Positions 55,841 through 63,857 of a DNA stretch of 64,000 nt are shown here, piece by piece. Source of the DNA: a virus. Its lineage: Duplodnaviria; Caudoviricetes. Position 1 is the first letter of the stretch. Each line of letters begins with the position of its first letter. A program made the translations under genes and the position numbers. A model generated the notes under the pieces. It searched no databases. It had not been told where the DNA came from and worked only from the letters and a program-made list of their open reading frames with translations. The stretch lies in IMG/VR virus record IMGVR_UViG_3300028327_000004, positions 3,713-67,712 of that record. One strand, written 5' to 3'.

Positions 55841-56529
55841 GCTGATACCCCCGCGTGTTCGGGTTTGCCAAACTGGTGAACGGTCCCGAAAGTTTTTGTA
55901 TTAAACGTCCGGGTATTAAAGGATTCGTTTGCGAGATGCCAGAGGATATCATTGGCCGTCTGCCCTGCCTTTTCATCGCCTTGCCGGGCCTGGGCAATAA
56001 GTTCCGGAAGATCCGCCAGCGCTTCATCGAATTGTTTTTGGGTAGATTTCCCAAACTTTCCAATAAGTCTCTGATCGCCGTCCGCGTTTTCGTATTCCAT
56101 AGAATGAATAACTTCAATGGAAAAGTAATTTAAGATATCAAACCATGTGCCTTTTACTATGGCACCCTTGAAATTGTTTTCCCTTCCCCAAAGTTCAGCC
56201 TGTCCAAAAGTAGAAGCATGGCCGGTAGCGGGAACAACGGTATAAACCACATCGCCAGTTTCAATCTCGCAGAAGCGGAAGTCATCATACAGTTCACCGT
56301 TGACAGGGCAGTTATTTTTGAAGAACACATACATTGTGTCGGTGTCGATTTTTGAAGAGGCGGCAAGCTGCTTTACTTTGGGAAACAGCCCGTCAAGTTT
56401 TGATTTAAGTTCCTCATCTTCGCAGAACCAATCAAACCAGCCGGCCTCAATCATTGTGTCGGTGTCGGCATTGGCATATTTGCCATCTTCGTAATTACGG
56501 ATAAATTCATTTACAGATATTTCGCTCAT
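55837..56529 (-). CDS. Conserved mobile-element hypothetical protein
   Basis: IEAGWFDWFC, FKNNCP..G.LYDDFR motifs. Confidence 0.65.
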   Translation of the reverse strand: MSEISVNEFIRNYEDGKYANADTDTMIEAGWFDWFCEDEELKSKLDGLFPKVKQLAASSKIDTDTMYVFFKNNCPVNGELYDDFRFCEIETGDVVYTVVPATGHASTFGQAELWGRENNFKGAIVKGTWFDILNYFSIEVIHSMEYENADGDQRLIGKFGKSTQKQFDEALADLPELIAQARQGDEKAGQTANDILWHLANESFNTRTFNTKTFGTVHQFGKPEHAGVSA

Positions 56530-57011
56530 GCTGGTATCCTCCCGTTCAAATCCAAACAGATCCTTTTGCCATCAAGGGTGTACTCAAGCCATGCGCCTTT
56601 CGGATATTTATCTGAGTAAATTCCGTTTCTGAGAATGATTCTTGCGTGTGCTTCTGTTAAACCGTAGATTCTGTCAATGACGTATTCGCCTTCGCCATCA
56701 TCACCTTCATCATCGCGCCATTCGATAACTTTGAATTGGATAAATTCATCCGCGTCCGGCATCGGTTTTTCAGTGTTATCTTCATTCAAAAAACCTTTGA
56801 GGGCGGGCAGGTATTCTTTCCGGATTCCCCAGCCGGAACTCATCCAGAAATGCCCTTCATCCGTGAAGCTGTAAATTGTAAGACCGGGACTGAGTGAATC
56901 ATTCAGTTCATCAATTACGATGACCTTCGATCCGTTTTCGCCGTTGGCGATGTGGTGTTTAGGGTTGCCTTTGCTTTCAAGCCATTCCGCTAAACTTTTG
57001 TACTCTCTCAT
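56526..57011 (-). CDS. Hypothetical protein, first gene of a leftward operon
   Basis: AAGGAG RBS; downstream of promoter 57106-57134. Confidence 0.65.
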   Translation of the reverse strand: MREYKSLAEWLESKGNPKHHIANGENGSKVIVIDELNDSLSPGLTIYSFTDEGHFWMSSGWGIRKEYLPALKGFLNEDNTEKPMPDADEFIQFKVIEWRDDEGDDGEGEYVIDRIYGLTEAHARIILRNGIYSDKYPKGAWLEYTLDGKRICLDLNGRIPA

Positions 57012-57105
57012 AAAATTCTCCTTTGGCCTTTGGCCATTCGGCTACCGGGGCTTCCGGCTGCCGTTTTTTTAATGTTCTAGTATTCCGATAGTAGAACATA
57101 TATAA

Positions 57106-57134
57106 AGAATACCCCTGCCATAGTATGCTGTCAA
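57106..57134 (-). promoter_or_regulatory. Leftward promoter
   Basis: TTGACA-N17-TATTCT. Confidence 0.65.
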
Positions 57135-57237
57135 GTTCCAGAAGGGAATTTTGGGGTTTTTTGAAAGTTTTTTGATTTTTTACTATACATTCGTATAGTA
57201 AAATGTCCCAGTTTCGGAACATTTTACCATTTATTAC

Positions 57238-57267
57238 TTGATCTATATCATCTGGGAAGGTTATACT
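57238..57267 (+). promoter_or_regulatory. Rightward promoter for a probably leaderless HTH gene
   Basis: TTGATC-N18-TATACT, 7 nt before ATG 57275; no RBS. Confidence 0.6.
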
Positions 57268-57274
57268 TCTATGT

Positions 57275-57514
57275 ATGAAAGAATTGACGGCGGTAGACAT
57301 GGCCCAAATACTGGGCATATCCTCAGATGGCGTAAAAAGAAGATTACAAAGAAAGGGCATCCGCCCGTTCAAATACATAGGCCCTGTAGGTATATATAAA
57401 GAAGATGATTTGGAAGCAATAAAAGACGGCGGCGCCAGAGGCCGGCCGAAAGTAGAAACACCAGGTAAAAAAACACCCAAAAAGACAACGAAAAAACCCA
57501 CTAAAAAAACCTGA
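57275..57514 (+). CDS. HTH DNA-binding protein with RGRP AT-hook and Lys-rich tail
   Basis: LTAVDMAQILGISSDGVKRRL; ARGRPK. Confidence 0.78.
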   Translation: MKELTAVDMAQILGISSDGVKRRLQRKGIRPFKYIGPVGIYKEDDLEAIKDGGARGRPKVETPGKKTPKKTTKKPTKKT

Positions 57515-57873
57515 GAAAAGAGAGGCAATTCCATTTGCGTACTCTGTTTAGGCGGCTCTGCCGGAGGCTCAGCTTCCAGGGCTGTTTCCTTTCTTATTTC
57601 AGCCAGCTCTTCAGATACCGATTTCACTTTCAGTTTTTTGTATAGGCTTTTATTCTGGTCCTCGACACAGAACGCGTAACGCCGATGGCGCCGCGCCATC
57701 CGGAGTATCGTGTCGGGGTACATATTTACAGCGTCCGGGTAAATCTCCACAACGTCCCTTTTAAGCTCATTGCCGTGAAATACAAATCCTGCTGGGTATG
57801 CGTCTATCACCTTGCGGACTGCGGCGCTCATCGATGAGAGTTTTTCTTCTTTTTCGCAATCCGGCATATTCAT
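57511..57873 (-). CDS. Hypothetical protein downstream of target 2 (3' end uncertain)
   Basis: Plausible about 120 aa domain ending near QMELPLF; the frame stays open to 56977. Confidence 0.45.
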
Positions 57874-57897
57874 AAAAAAATGACTCCAGAAGTTAAG

Positions 57898-57921
57898 TCC
57901 CGCCCCACAAGGGGGACGGGA
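57898..57921 (-). other. DGR target-recognition hairpin downstream of VR2
   Basis: TCCCGCCCC-ACAAG-GGGG(A)CGGGA; same CCCCACAAGGGGG core as 5809-5821; 34 nt past VR2. Confidence 0.85.
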
Positions 57922-57938
57922 TATTGGATTGGTGTGGC

Positions 57939-58799
57939 TTACGCCACACAGAATACGGGGGCGACCCCACCGGCCGCACTCGCATTGATGCGGCTGCAAT
58001 AACCATGGTAGCCGCAAATACAGAAATACGCGGCAGACGAGGCGCGCGCAGAAGCCGTCCAATACCAATGGGTATCATCTTCCCAAACCTTGATCCTGTT
58101 TTTGATTTTCTTGAAGAAAGAAAACTGTTGCGGCTCGTCAAAATAATTTGATTCCGGCTCCCAGTAATCCTCATCGCCAAAAAGTTCATAGGCCGTAAGG
58201 AGTGAGATTTTATGTTCTTTTCCTTTTTCCCATGTGCCGTTACACGCCAGCAGAACGTCCCCAATGCCGAATGCGTCCAAGAATTCCGTATTGAGATATT
58301 TGCCCAGGGCGCCCGCATGAATGCCGCCCTCGTTCACGTCTTTTGCGTTAATAGCGGACAGGAATATTATTTCATCGAAATTAAAGATGATTTTTCCGTC
58401 CACTACTTCAATGATCTGGACTTTCCCGTCAACGTGCAGGGCCGGGAATAATACGCCGTCATGTTTTGCCGCGGGAACGTCAAACTCTACCCGGATAAAA
58501 TCGCCGATATTAAGAAGCGAAGGATCTCCGGACCGTAAAACTTCCTGCGACAGACTGAAAGCATGGCGCCAATCCTGCGCCCTCAGGTAACGGGTAAGAT
58601 CGCTCCTTTCTCCGACATGGCGCCTTTCCAATTCAGAGTTAGTTGTTTCAGGCGTTTCCGGATTTTCCAGTTTCCCATGTTTGGTTAGTAACTGGAGCTT
58701 GATCTTTGAAGACCACGGCCTTTTAGAAAACTTTGTGATTAAAAACCCGGCCGTTGAAAGCGCCGCGGTTAACCGATTTAATGTTTTGTTGTCATACAT
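57939..58799 (-). CDS. DGR target 2: non-structural CLec-like (DUF6273-like) protein
   Basis: GGAGG RBS before MYDN; ISLLTAYELFG, WYW, C-terminus ASSAAYFC...NASAAGGVAPVFCVA shared with target 1. Confidence 0.9.
   Translation of the reverse strand: MYDNKTLNRLTAALSTAGFLITKFSKRPWSSKIKLQLLTKHGKLENPETPETTNSELERRHVGERSDLTRYLRAQDWRHAFSLSQEVLRSGDPSLLNIGDFIRVEFDVPAAKHDGVLFPALHVDGKVQIIEVVDGKIIFNFDEIIFLSAINAKDVNEGGIHAGALGKYLNTEFLDAFGIGDVLLACNGTWEKGKEHKISLLTAYELFGDEDYWEPESNYFDEPQQFSFFKKIKNRIKVWEDDTHWYWTASARASSAAYFCICGYHGYCSRINASAAGGVAPVFCVA
57956..58043 (-). repeat. Variable repeat VR2
   Basis: 88 bp; 11 mismatches all at TR adenines plus one 3-nt gap in the AAC run. Confidence 0.95.
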
Positions 58800-58934
58800 A
58801 TAAACCTCCATATATGAACAGCGGATCGGGCTGGGCTCGAACCAGCGTCTGGTCGGTAAAGGAGGTTTTCGGAAACCCGCCATGTCCTGCCGTCTGGACG
58901 ACCGATCCATTGCCCGTCTCTCCGGGCTGTCGTT

Positions 58935-59447
58935 TTATTCCTTGTCCTTTCCGAAAAGCCCTCCGACGACCTGGGCAATGCCTTTTTTCTTTTTCTTCTT
59001 GCCTTCATCGCCGTCTTCTTTGAAAGGTAAGGTACGCTGCCGGCGCGCGCCTTCAAGAAACTTTTTCACTTCATCGCGCAAAGTGTTCGCCGCGCTGTTG
59101 TACTGGTTTTTGAGATCTCCGGGATCATATATGCCCTCTTCGGGAGTCTCCGCGTCCGCCGTGGAAACTTTTGGCAAGGCCATCTTGAATTGGCCAAACA
59201 TACTTTCCCCGGAGAGCAGTATGCATTTGCTCCCCGCTTTTTCGCCGTCCTTCCATTCAATGGCTTGCAGTTTGCAGCTAACGTCGTTGATCTTAAAAAG
59301 ACCCAGCGTCGCCAGGGCTACGTTGTCCATGGCCGTTACCAGTTCCGTTTCCGGCTCATCTTCGGTCTTGAGGGTTTTTATATCCTCGTTTTCCTCGTAC
59401 TGGACAAAATACACGTCCCCGGTCTTTTTGAATTTCAAAATGTCCAT
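58935..59447 (-). CDS. Hypothetical protein
   Basis: AAGGAG RBS; ORF in operon. Confidence 0.65.
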   Translation of the reverse strand: MDILKFKKTGDVYFVQYEENEDIKTLKTEDEPETELVTAMDNVALATLGLFKINDVSCKLQAIEWKDGEKAGSKCILLSGESMFGQFKMALPKVSTADAETPEEGIYDPGDLKNQYNSAANTLRDEVKKFLEGARRQRTLPFKEDGDEGKKKKKKGIAQVVGGLFGKDKE

Positions 59448-59448
59448 G

Positions 59449-59712
59449 CTATTCTCCTTTTGCCTCCTCCAAGGCTTTTTCGTTCAAAGCGGCATATTCG
59501 GTTTCAAAAACCTTTAGCTGCTTTTCCAGGGCTTCCTTTGCGATGGCGGGATCGAGCAAGACCGTAATCCCCTCATCCCCTCTTTTGCCGGCGACATTTA
59601 TGAACGGTGTCTCCGGCTTTTTGTCATCGCTGAATAATTCAATGGCAAGTTTCGTGTCGGTGATTTGGCTGCACACGCTTGAAATGCCATAGGCCGTCTC
59701 TTCTGTGATCAT
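59449..59712 (-). CDS. Hypothetical protein
   Basis: GGAGG RBS. Confidence 0.6.
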   Translation of the reverse strand: MITEETAYGISSVCSQITDTKLAIELFSDDKKPETPFINVAGKRGDEGITVLLDPAIAKEALEKQLKVFETEYAALNEKALEEAKGE

Positions 59713-59722
59713 TTGCTCCTCC

Positions 59723-60124
59723 TTACAATTCCGTTTCGATAGTGATTTGCGCCCCGGTTTTTCTCCCGGTGTAGTATTTCCCGGTCAGTATTTCATAGAC
59801 CTGGGAATCATCTTCCCAAATGCCGATGTCAGTTAACGAATCCATCGTGCTTTTCAGAAGATTGTCGGTGTCAGGTTTTTTCACATGGGGTATAGGGACG
59901 CTGTTTGCCATTTTCATTCCCTTTGGCAAGGGGATTGAAAAACGAACCGTAAGCCGTACCGGCCCGGTAATGGTCTTTTTCCGGCAGGGGAGGAAAGCGG
60001 CTTTTACTTCGTCTTTCCATGAGTCCGCCGTATGGGGGTTGTATACATGGCCGTTGCGCGCCATCCGCGGCCTGGGCTGGGGTTTCGGCGTGCCTTCGAC
60101 AAATATCTGATAAATCGTTTTCAT
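59723..60124 (-). CDS. rusA: RusA-family Holliday junction resolvase
   Basis: PKPQPRPR, KKPDTDNLLKSTMDSL..WEDDSQV. Confidence 0.92.
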   Translation of the reverse strand: MKTIYQIFVEGTPKPQPRPRMARNGHVYNPHTADSWKDEVKAAFLPCRKKTITGPVRLTVRFSIPLPKGMKMANSVPIPHVKKPDTDNLLKSTMDSLTDIGIWEDDSQVYEILTGKYYTGRKTGAQITIETEL

Positions 60125-60336
60125 TAAAGCGTCTCCACTAAAACCCTTTTCATTAGCCGCTTCATAGACAGCCGCCGCTTCTGTTTGTTGCTCTGCGGTT
60201 CGCCTTTTTCCTCCGCAAAGTATTTGCAATGGATTGAAACGCAGTAATAAGGAACGGATGCTAAACATTTTTTGCCCTCGCAGTTAGCGCAGTATTTACA
60301 GATAACGCCATACATTTGCTCCGATACATCCGTCAC
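60124..60336 (-). CDS. Cys-rich hypothetical protein
   Basis: CKYCANC...C..C..C. Confidence 0.55.
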   Translation of the reverse strand: MTDVSEQMYGVICKYCANCEGKKCLASVPYYCVSIHCKYFAEEKGEPQSNKQKRRLSMKRLMKRVLVETL

Positions 60337-60542
60337 GCCTTCCTCTTTCCGGCAGTTTTACCGGGCTTCGCATACCGCATATCCCATGCCTTCCATGCCT
60401 CAGGCTCGGTGTCATGCCAGCCTGTTGAGGCTCCGCATTTTTGGCACTGCGCCCGGAACTTTGCAGGCTTGCCCCCGGCATATTTCAAAGTGTCGATAGC
60501 GGCGCCGTTACCGCAGAACGGGCAGCCGTGATGACCTTTCAT
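60333..60542 (-). CDS. Lar-like restriction alleviation Zn-finger protein
   Basis: CPFCG...CQKCGA...EAWKAWDMR. Confidence 0.7.
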   Translation of the reverse strand: MKGHHGCPFCGNGAAIDTLKYAGGKPAKFRAQCQKCGASTGWHDTEPEAWKAWDMRYAKPGKTAGKRKA

Positions 60543-60676
60543 TTGCCGCGTTTCCTTGTGGCCGGAAAGCCCTTATCCTCTTTGCCATCCTCTTTTTTAA
60601 GCCGCCGTCCCAGCAGTAACACCATGGCGATTAGCAGGCCGAAAACGATCAGGCTGGCAACCGACTGGGCGGCCAT
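60539..60676 (-). CDS. Small single-pass membrane protein (45 aa)
   Basis: SLIVFGLLIAMVLLLG; overlapped start/stop on both sides. Confidence 0.55.
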   Translation of the reverse strand: MAAQSVASLIVFGLLIAMVLLLGRRLKKEDGKEDKGFPATRKRGK

Positions 60677-60849
60677 TACCTCAGCTCCTCGATGGGGCAG
60701 TTGGCAACCATGCCTTTTATGGCTTGCCCAAGCAGGATTACTGGCCGGCAGAACCAGCTTGTTATTTTCCGATGGCCAAGGCGCTCCCCAAATTCCTTGG
60801 TCGCCACGCCGGCGCGGAATATCTTGCCTTTGTTAATTTTCAAAATCAT
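60676..60849 (-). CDS. Small hypothetical protein (57 aa)
   Basis: GGAGG RBS; TAATG coupling. Confidence 0.55.
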   Translation of the reverse strand: MILKINKGKIFRAGVATKEFGERLGHRKITSWFCRPVILLGQAIKGMVANCPIEELR

Positions 60850-60960
60850 CTTTTACCTCCCATGATTTTTGTTGGTTTGCGGCGGGGGCCGAAATAAATG
60901 TTAAAAAGCCCCCCGCCTTTGGAAATGGCGTTCTTTTTGGGCTACTGCATAAAAACCTCC

Positions 60961-61206
60961 TCATACACCCTCCGGCTTTTTACCGGCTGGATTTTTTGTT
61001 ATGCGCTGCCAGTCCTCAAGATCAGCAGAGTCGAAAAGCCTTTTTCTCAGGCCTGGCGAATGGTAGGGAAAAGGGAGCTTGCCTTTTTGAATTTGTTTGT
61101 TAATCCATTCCGCGCTCATACCGATTTTTTTCGCGGCCTCTTTTGTGTCCAGCAACGTACCGCGGACTGGTTTATCTTCTTGCGGTACTGCTTTGCCTTC
61201 CCTCAT
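60961..61206 (-). CDS. Cro/excisionase-like HTH protein
   Basis: LLDTKEAAKKIGMSAEWI...RLFDSADLEDW; divergent from the cI-like gene. Confidence 0.8.
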   Translation of the reverse strand: MREGKAVPQEDKPVRGTLLDTKEAAKKIGMSAEWINKQIQKGKLPFPYHSPGLRKRLFDSADLEDWQRITKNPAGKKPEGV

Positions 61207-61216
61207 CAACTCCTCC

Positions 61217-61404
61217 AAAAAAAAGCGGCGGAATTTTTCAGGGCTTACGGGGGGTAGTTCGGGCTACCGCCCAGCCTTCAAAATTCAGCCGCTTCTTCGC
61301 ACTGCCCGAACAATGCTAACCCAATTTCTTACAATTGGTAGTTACAGGTTTATTATTTCTTACTATTGTAAGATTGTCAAGCAAAAAAACTACTTTTTGT
61401 AAGA
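61217..61404. promoter_or_regulatory. Lysis/lysogeny switch: promoter, three operators, leader terminator
   Basis: TTGACA-N17-AATAAT (61352-61380, minus); 16-mers at 61327, 61358, 61389 sharing a TCTTAC/GTAAGA half-site; hairpin 61223-61294 plus U8. Confidence 0.75.
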
Positions 61405-61435
61405 TTTTTTTAAGGGGTAGTGTCGATAAAATAGT

Positions 61436-61840
61436 ATGACTTCTTTATTCTGGAATAATCTTGAAATCGCAAGGATAAAGGCTCAAAAAGAACGTAAAAA
61501 CATCGAAAAAGAGTGTAATTTGCCTAACAGCGCCTTTACCCAAGGCATTAAAAGGGGGAGCTCTCCATCTGTAGACCTGGCTTATCAGCTTGCTAAAACC
61601 GTGCGTTTTACGATTGAAGAGCTTGTAGCAGGGGAATCCGGCGCGGAATATGTACATAATATAGTAAAAAATGATCCCAGGGCAATCCAAGTCCCTGACC
61701 GAATAGCCCCTATTGTCGATTGCCTGTTGGTCCTGGACGAGAGGGATTTGGCGGCTATTCTGGCTAATGTTCAGTCCCTGGCCGGGGATAAAAAGGGGCA
61801 GCAAACGGCTATAATTGGGGATTCAGATGTCGCAGTATAA
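61436..61840 (+). CDS. CI-like XRE-family repressor
   Basis: IEKECNLPNSAFTQGIKRGSSPSVDLAYQLAKTVRFTIEELV HTH; no S24 peptidase domain. Confidence 0.8.
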   Translation: MTSLFWNNLEIARIKAQKERKNIEKECNLPNSAFTQGIKRGSSPSVDLAYQLAKTVRFTIEELVAGESGAEYVHNIVKNDPRAIQVPDRIAPIVDCLLVLDERDLAAILANVQSLAGDKKGQQTAIIGDSDVAV

Positions 61841-61851
61841 TTCAATTCCCT

Positions 61852-61968
61852 AAAAAATAACGCCGCCCCATGCAAATGGACTCTGAGGGAGAACCATGTA
61901 CACCGGGGTGGCGAGTTCACAAAGTAAACTTAATTCACAATGTTAGCCACATTCGCAATGTTTGTCAA
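61852..61968 (-). ncRNA. Putative small RNA convergent on the repressor gene
   Basis: TTGACA-N17-TAACAT, long stem-loop 61861-61913, U-rich tail. Confidence 0.45.
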
Positions 61969-62011
61969 CATAGCGCGCAAAAAAAATTATATTATCAAAG
62001 ATAATAATGTT

Positions 62012-62200
62012 ATGGCCAATAAACAAGTTGTCTCGAAAGGATTCCGTATCTCAATAAAAGCAGATGAAATTCTTAAAGAAGTCTCAAAACGGGATTTTCG
62101 GGATTTCCCAACTGTTGTAAGGTTTTCCTTGCTTGAGTACGTCCAGAAAAAACACCCGGACCTCTACGAAGCCCTTTCAGCGGAGTTTACCCCGCAATAA
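62012..62200 (+). CDS. Ribbon-helix-helix-like small DNA-binding protein
   Basis: GFRISIKADEILKEVS..RDFPTVVRFSLLEYV. Confidence 0.6.
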   Translation: MANKQVVSKGFRISIKADEILKEVSKRDFRDFPTVVRFSLLEYVQKKHPDLYEALSAEFTPQ

Positions 62201-62228
62201 GCCCCCTAGAAACAAGCCAAAAGGGCTA

Positions 62229-62257
62229 TTGCCATATGGAACATCCTCTTTTATACT
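62229..62257 (+). promoter_or_regulatory. Promoter for a moron-like gene pair
   Basis: TTGCCA-N17-TATACT. Confidence 0.75.
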
Positions 62258-62285
62258 CTCTGGTATCACTTGAAAGGAGTTACCA

Positions 62286-62687
62286 ATGAGAAAAGCCGTA
62301 TTTTTTATCTTTCTGGCCGCAACAGCCGTGACCGTGTGGGCCGGAACAGAGTACCGGGATTCCTGCCGGAAAATTATCTATGCGGTCAATCCCGTAGACG
62401 AGGTTATCAAGGTAGACAATGACCGCCTGCGGGCGCTTACCCGGTATGCCCTGGGGATAGCCGTTGACGGGCAGGACGCCTTGAATGAGAATGACGCTCT
62501 AATGTTTGCCTTTCTCGGACGTGTGGAGATGAAACGCCGCCAGGCTACCGCCAATGAGTTTTCCCTTTTCCTGCATGATGAAAAAGAGAAATTAAGCCCT
62601 TATATCTGGGGAAAGGGAGACGTTACTGCTTACATTAGAATGGACAACTGGATTGATATGTACCAGCTCAAATTGATTGTAGGATAA
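62286..62687 (+). CDS. Exported protein with signal peptide
   Basis: MRKAVFFIFLAATAVTVWA; AAGGAG RBS. Confidence 0.75.
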   Translation: MRKAVFFIFLAATAVTVWAGTEYRDSCRKIIYAVNPVDEVIKVDNDRLRALTRYALGIAVDGQDALNENDALMFAFLGRVEMKRRQATANEFSLFLHDEKEKLSPYIWGKGDVTAYIRMDNWIDMYQLKLIVG

Positions 62688-62690
62688 TCA

Positions 62691-62879
62691 ATGATCCCGG
62701 ATGTAGTTACCACGCTAAAATTTGGCAAATTCACTTTGCAAATCTTGGCATACAGAAAACTAACCAAGGCAGAAAAAGAAGCGTCCGTTTCCATGTACCT
62801 GCAAAGTAGGCGTTCTAAAACATTTCCCAAGGAAGGATCCGCCAAACTTATAACCGCTTTTGGAATGTTTGATAGATAG
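62691..62879 (+). CDS. Small basic hypothetical protein
   Basis: Follows the exported protein; stem-loop GCGGCTG/CAGCCGC after it. Confidence 0.55.
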   Translation: MIPDVVTTLKFGKFTLQILAYRKLTKAEKEASVSMYLQSRRSKTFPKEGSAKLITAFGMFDR

Positions 62880-62985
62880 AACATTGTGATTCCAAAAAAT
62901 AAGCGGCTGCCTTTAGACAGCCGCCGGACGGGATTCCCATCCCATTTATAATTCTAATCTATATATTATTCCCTAAAAAGTCAAG

Positions 62986-63720
62986 TTATTTTTTGATCCT
63001 CATTTCCTTTTTCAGCTTATCGGCGCCGCGCTCGAACCGCCGCAGTTCCTCCATATCGTACAGCCGGGTAGTGTACAGGATTTCGCCGGCCTCCAGCGCT
63101 TCGCCGGCCTTTACATTGATATCTATTAGGTAGTTTTTGGTTTTCCCGTCCAGCTCCGGCGCGAATGTTATGGCCAGTTTCTTGCCCACAAACAGCCTGT
63201 TCCCCACAACCTTTATTTTCGACGGCGGCGCCTCGGCTTTCTCCCCTTTGGAGTATTCCCGGAACGCGCGGACGGACATACCTTTGATGTTCTTAAACAC
63301 GTCCCGCTTTTCGTACAATTCCAGCGCCCTGTCCACATAGGGGAGTTTTGTGGGCCCGTCAGCGTCGGAGAATTCTATCCGTTCCAGTTCCCTCCGGTAT
63401 TTTATATAGGCCTCCCCGATGTACAGCCAGTTATGGGCGGTACTCCGCTCGATTTGCATTTCATCGCACAGGCTTTCAAGGTAATCATTCATGGAATGGT
63501 AGTTAAGATCGACATACAGCCCCTTTGCCTTGAGTTTCGCCAGCCCCAGCCCCATGGCCAGGATAGACAGCCGGACGCCTTTTATGGTGTCCCGGATGCC
63601 GGCGTCAATTTCGGTTGCGTCATCGGAATTGGCATAGTCCAGGCTTATATGGCTGGACGGCAGCCTTTTTGCCGGGGGGCGCGGCCCGTCATACTGGTTC
63701 TGGATTATTTCAGTTTTCAC
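62986..63720 (-). CDS. HTH-containing protein (DUF3102-like / partition-associated)
   Basis: GLYVDLNYHSMNDYL...IERSTAHNWLYI pattern; GGAGG RBS before GTG. Confidence 0.5.
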   Translation of the reverse strand: MKTEIIQNQYDGPRPPAKRLPSSHISLDYANSDDATEIDAGIRDTIKGVRLSILAMGLGLAKLKAKGLYVDLNYHSMNDYLESLCDEMQIERSTAHNWLYIGEAYIKYRRELERIEFSDADGPTKLPYVDRALELYEKRDVFKNIKGMSVRAFREYSKGEKAEAPPSKIKVVGNRLFVGKKLAITFAPELDGKTKNYLIDINVKAGEALEAGEILYTTRLYDMEELRRFERGADKLKKEMRIKK

Positions 63721-63756
63721 ACGGCCTCCGTAAAATCGTGCATAAATCGTGTTCTT

Positions 63757-63798
63757 ATTATACACCTATTGACGCAAAATACTCAATTTACTTATAAT
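63757..63798. promoter_or_regulatory. Overlapping divergent promoters
   Basis: Plus: TTGACG-N18-TATAAT (63769-63798); minus: TTGAGT-N18-TATAAT (63757-63786). Confidence 0.6.
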
Positions 63799-63857
63799 AC
63801 TTGAGATTATAATTCTATATGGGTACGGTATTTATATACCGCATAAGGAATTAGTAT

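Noticed and set aside
56977-58068. 363-aa ORF as one real protein, or as an Avd for target 2
   Set aside because: Its 5' part is an alternative frame of VR2, its 3' part is antisense to an HTH gene and promoters, and the middle shows no Avd-like features
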